DNA from: Fonticula alba ATCC 38817
Taxonomy: Eukaryota > Protista > Nucleariida
Length of the DNA stretch: 64,000 nucleotides
Direction: 5' to 3' (one strand)
Assembly: GCA_000388065.2 (NCBI GenBank)
Contig: KB932202.1
This document shows positions 60,849 to 64,000 of this stretch, piece by piece. Position numbers and translations under genes: made by a program. Within the stretch, counting starts at the first letter, position 1. Every line of letters starts with the position of its first letter. Under the pieces are notes generated by a model that made no database searches, was not told where the DNA came from, and saw only the letters and a program-made list of their open reading frames with translations.

Positions 60849-63800
60849 GCGCGCGCACGCGGCGGCGGCGGCGACAGCGACGGCAGAGAGAAGAGGCAGT
60901 GCTCCAAAGGTCAGTATCCCGCGCGGCTGCTGGCGGCGCACGGGCCCGGGCACAGAAGGGGCCCTTCGGCAGGCAGGCAGGCAGCCAAGCGAAGGGCCCC
61001 CCCTCCCCCGGGCGGCCGGGTGGCAAGGACATACCAGCTCCTCGGACGTGAAGTAGATCGACCGGACGAAGGAGTTTTGGTCGTTGGCGGCCGGGGGCGC
61101 GGCGCCGGCGAGGGCCGCGGCAGCGTCAGCGGTGGCCGGCGCGGCTTCCGCATCGGCCTCGATGGCGGCCACGGCGCCGGCGGCGTCGGCCACCGCGCCG
61201 GCCGGGTCCGCGGACCCCGGGGCCGGGGCAGCCTCCGGCTCCGGGGCCGGGCGCGCGGCCGGCTCCGCCACTCGACGCCCCCCGCCCAGGCGCGAGAAGG
61301 GGATCCAATACCGCAGCAGGCCGGAAATGCCGCCGGCCGGCGCCGGGACCGGGGTGGCCACCGCGCTCGGCGGCCCGGGCTGGGCATCGGCAAAGCCGGA
61401 CTCGATGTTCAGCAGGGACGACCCCTCGGACAGGGGGTCCAGATCGAAGTCATCGGCCGCATCGGCGGCCAGGTCGGCGGCCGAGGTGTCGGCGGCCGAG
61501 AGGTCCCCGGCCTCCGGCATGCCGGCCGGCCCGCCGGCCACCGCAGCCTCCAGAGCATGCGACAGGGCCGTGTTCAGCAGCGAAGCCATCGACGCATCCA
61601 GCGTCTGGAACAGCCGGCCATCGAGGCTCGGCTGCTCGGCCACCAGGCCCGAGGCATCGGCCGCAGGGGGCGCCTCGTCGGGGCCCGGCGCGTCGGCCGC
61701 GCCGGCCGCCGGGGCCTCGCCCGACGGCATGTCCACCTCCTCGATGTCGTCGTCCTGCGTGTCGGGGTCCGTGTCGGCCAGGTCCAGCAGGGGCCCCGGG
61801 CCGCGGCGCCCGGCGCCCCCGAGCGGGAACCCCACCGTCGGGCTGGGCTGCAGGGTGCCCGGCAGGGAGGCCCCCCCGGAGCCCGGCCGGAAATGCATGC
61901 TCGGCCGCTGGGGCGACATCGGGGTCAGCAGCCCGGACGACCCGGCCGCGCCCAGGGGGAAGAGCAGCGACGAGGAGAGGCTCGGGTGGATGCGCGGCAT
62001 GGGCCCGGACTCGGTGATGCTGGGGGACACCGGGCCCGGGCTGGCGGTGCCGGGCCCCGGGGCGGCGGCCTTCCCGGCATCGAGGTCGCCGGGGCCGGGG
62101 CCGGGGCCGGGGCCGTCATCATTGCCGGCCCCGGCGGGCGGGGAGCCCGGCTTGTCGACCCCGTCGGCCAGGCCCGGCTCGTCGACCCCGCCGGCCACGC
62201 CCGACCCATCGGGTCCCAGGTGCGGCGTGGTGGCCAGCGACAGGGAGTGCTGGCAGTCCGGCCCGGCCACCGCGACCACCGGGTGGTTCAGGTGCGGGCC
62301 GAGGCAGGCACGCGCCAGGACCGCCAGCGCCCCGATCCGCCAGGGAACAATGACCCGGCCGCCGATGCGCACGGCCAGCCGGTTGACGCTGGCGGCCGGG
62401 GCATCGGTCCCGGCGCCGGGCTGCTGGGCGAAGAGCTCCTGGCTCAGCACCGGCCAGCTGGCCACCAGCGAGCCGAGGCCCAGCTTGTCCGACGCCAGCA
62501 GGTGCTCGGCGAAGACCCGCGCCGCGGCCGTGCCCAGCTGCCCGTCGATGATGGGCGACCCGGCGGCCGGGGCGGCCGTGGCAACATCCGCCGGGCCGTG
62601 GCCGCCGCCGGCGGCCCCTGGCGCCGGCGCGCCCGGCATCCCGCCCACCTGCAGCGCCATCCCCGGGAAGAGGACATCCGCGCAGAGGGACAGCTCGATG
62701 CTGGTGGGGTCCGAGGCGTCGAGCAGCGTGGCCCCGGCCTCCAGGGCCGCCTGCACCGAGGGGCGCTGGTGCATCTGCCCGGAGGAGGCCCCGGTCGCCG
62801 GGAAGCCCCCCTCCGAGCACAGGGCCTCGCTCAGCTCGGAGATGCTTTCCTCCACGACGGGCAGCGAGTCAACCGCGCGCTGGCTCAGATCCATGGAGTC
62901 GGGGTCTGCGAAGGCACAGCCGGGCCGGGGACAAAGGGCAAGCGGGGTCAGTGTCGAGGCGCATGGGAGGAGGGGCCGGCGGCCGAGACCCGGGGCCGGG
63001 CTCCGTCTGGGCAAGCGGGGCGAGCGCAGGCAAGATTTGGCCGGCCGGCGGACAAGGCGTACCAGCGGCCTGCGGGGGGCAAGGCAGGGGGAAGGGAGGG
63101 GGGGGGGAGGGGGGGGGAAGGATGGAACAAGGCCGGCCAGGAGGCCGGGAGCAAGGGGCACTGTGTCAGTGCCGCGGCCCGGCTGGGCGGGGGCAGGGCG
63201 AGGAAGGGAGGACCAAGGGGGGCGGGCGGACACACACACGCGCGCGCGCGCGCGCACGTTGACAGGACGCACGGAGTCCAGCTGCCCGGAGGGCGAGCCA
63301 GGGGCCGGGGGGGTGGCGGCCGGCGCGCCGGGAGCCGACGCCTCGGCGGCCGCCGCCGCGGCCACCGCCGACTCCGCCTCTTCCAGGGTGATGGAGGGCC
63401 CCTCCGGGCCGGGGGCCGCCGAGGGTGCTTCCGGGGACACGGCCCCGGGCGGATCCAGCGGGGCGCCGATCTCCGGCGGGGCGCGCCGGACGAAGTACGC
63501 GTCGCCGCCCTGGCCGACGCGCATCGTCAGCTCGGTGGTCCGGCCATTGACCGAGATGAGGACCTGCAAGGGGGAGCAACATCAGCCGCGCATGTCAGTG
63601 AGGAGCCGGCGCCCTGGCCGGGGGCCCATGTGCGGGAGGAGGAGGAGCAGGAGGAGCCGCCGCCGCCCCCTGGCGACAGCGCCCGCGCGCGCACAACATA
63701 CCCGATTGTCCACGGGCCGGAGGAGCTTCAGCTTGCCGAAGCGCACATGCACCGGCGAGGCCCGCAGCTCGCGCACCACGCGCATCTTGGAGGCGGCCTT

Positions 63801-63971
63801 GCGCCCGAGGGGGCTGGCGGAGCCGGGCCCGGGGCCGCCCTCCGGCTCGATCGGCACCAGCACCGGCGGCTGGCGCACCACAATGATGTCGATGGCCCCG
63901 CTCAGGGTCGAGGGGTTGAGGTCCCGGTAGAACTGGGCTGCCGTGCTGAGGGCCGTCTTGAAGAGGTCCAT
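58282..63971 (-). CDS. LPIN: Lipin / phosphatidate phosphatase (Pah1/Ned1), multi-exon
   Basis: N-LIP: YRDLNPSTLSGAIDIIVVRQ...SPVHVRFGKLKLL and [40 protein letters not shown]...GRDWTHSGVATLF, TSRAIGQA, REVIERKPHVFK and PFYAGFGNRPT. Conserved FNDFHYWRQP follows. Stop at 58282-58284. Confidence 0.95.
59309..59604. repeat. 296-nt uninterrupted polypurine/polypyrimidine minisatellite in a lipin intron
   Basis: Only A and G on the + strand from 59309 to 59604, built from degenerate ~19-nt gggaaagaagggaaaagag units. Confidence 0.9.
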
Positions 63972-64000
63972 CCTGGCGATGTGGGCCGACCCGGGGGGGG

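Overview
A very GC-rich, intron-containing eukaryotic genomic window (protist-like; the style resembles Fonticula alba, which is my inference and was not verified). It has several N gaps, most beside poly-C/G runs. After hand-splicing I find 12 protein-coding loci. In order: 3' end of a RasGEF (+), kanadaptin/SLC4A1AP (-), a large TPR-like/low-complexity protein that may be a divergent Tonsoku/TONSL (-), VPS18 (+), a coactosin-like ADF-H protein (+), ZNHIT2 (-), eIF4A (-), UTP20 (+), TRM10 (-), LSM5 (+), FEN1 (-), a bacterial-type TM-Cache-TM-HAMP-class III cyclase-TPR receptor with a ~1,250-aa disordered N-terminus (+), and lipin/PAH1 (-). Most long ORFs in the six-frame track are GC-content shadows. 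I recognised no rRNA, tRNA, CRISPR array or genuine mobile element. The best leads are the receptor cyclase, the TONSL-like candidate, an eIF4A start codon split by an intron (AT|G), an unusual GT[GAT]CG[TC] donor consensus, and strand-biased intronic (GCAC)n arrays. Two assembly problems are visible: Illumina adapter remnants with flanking duplications inside UTP20, and a probable 1-nt homopolymer deletion in eIF4A. Exon boundaries are hand-read and need RNA-seq confirmation.
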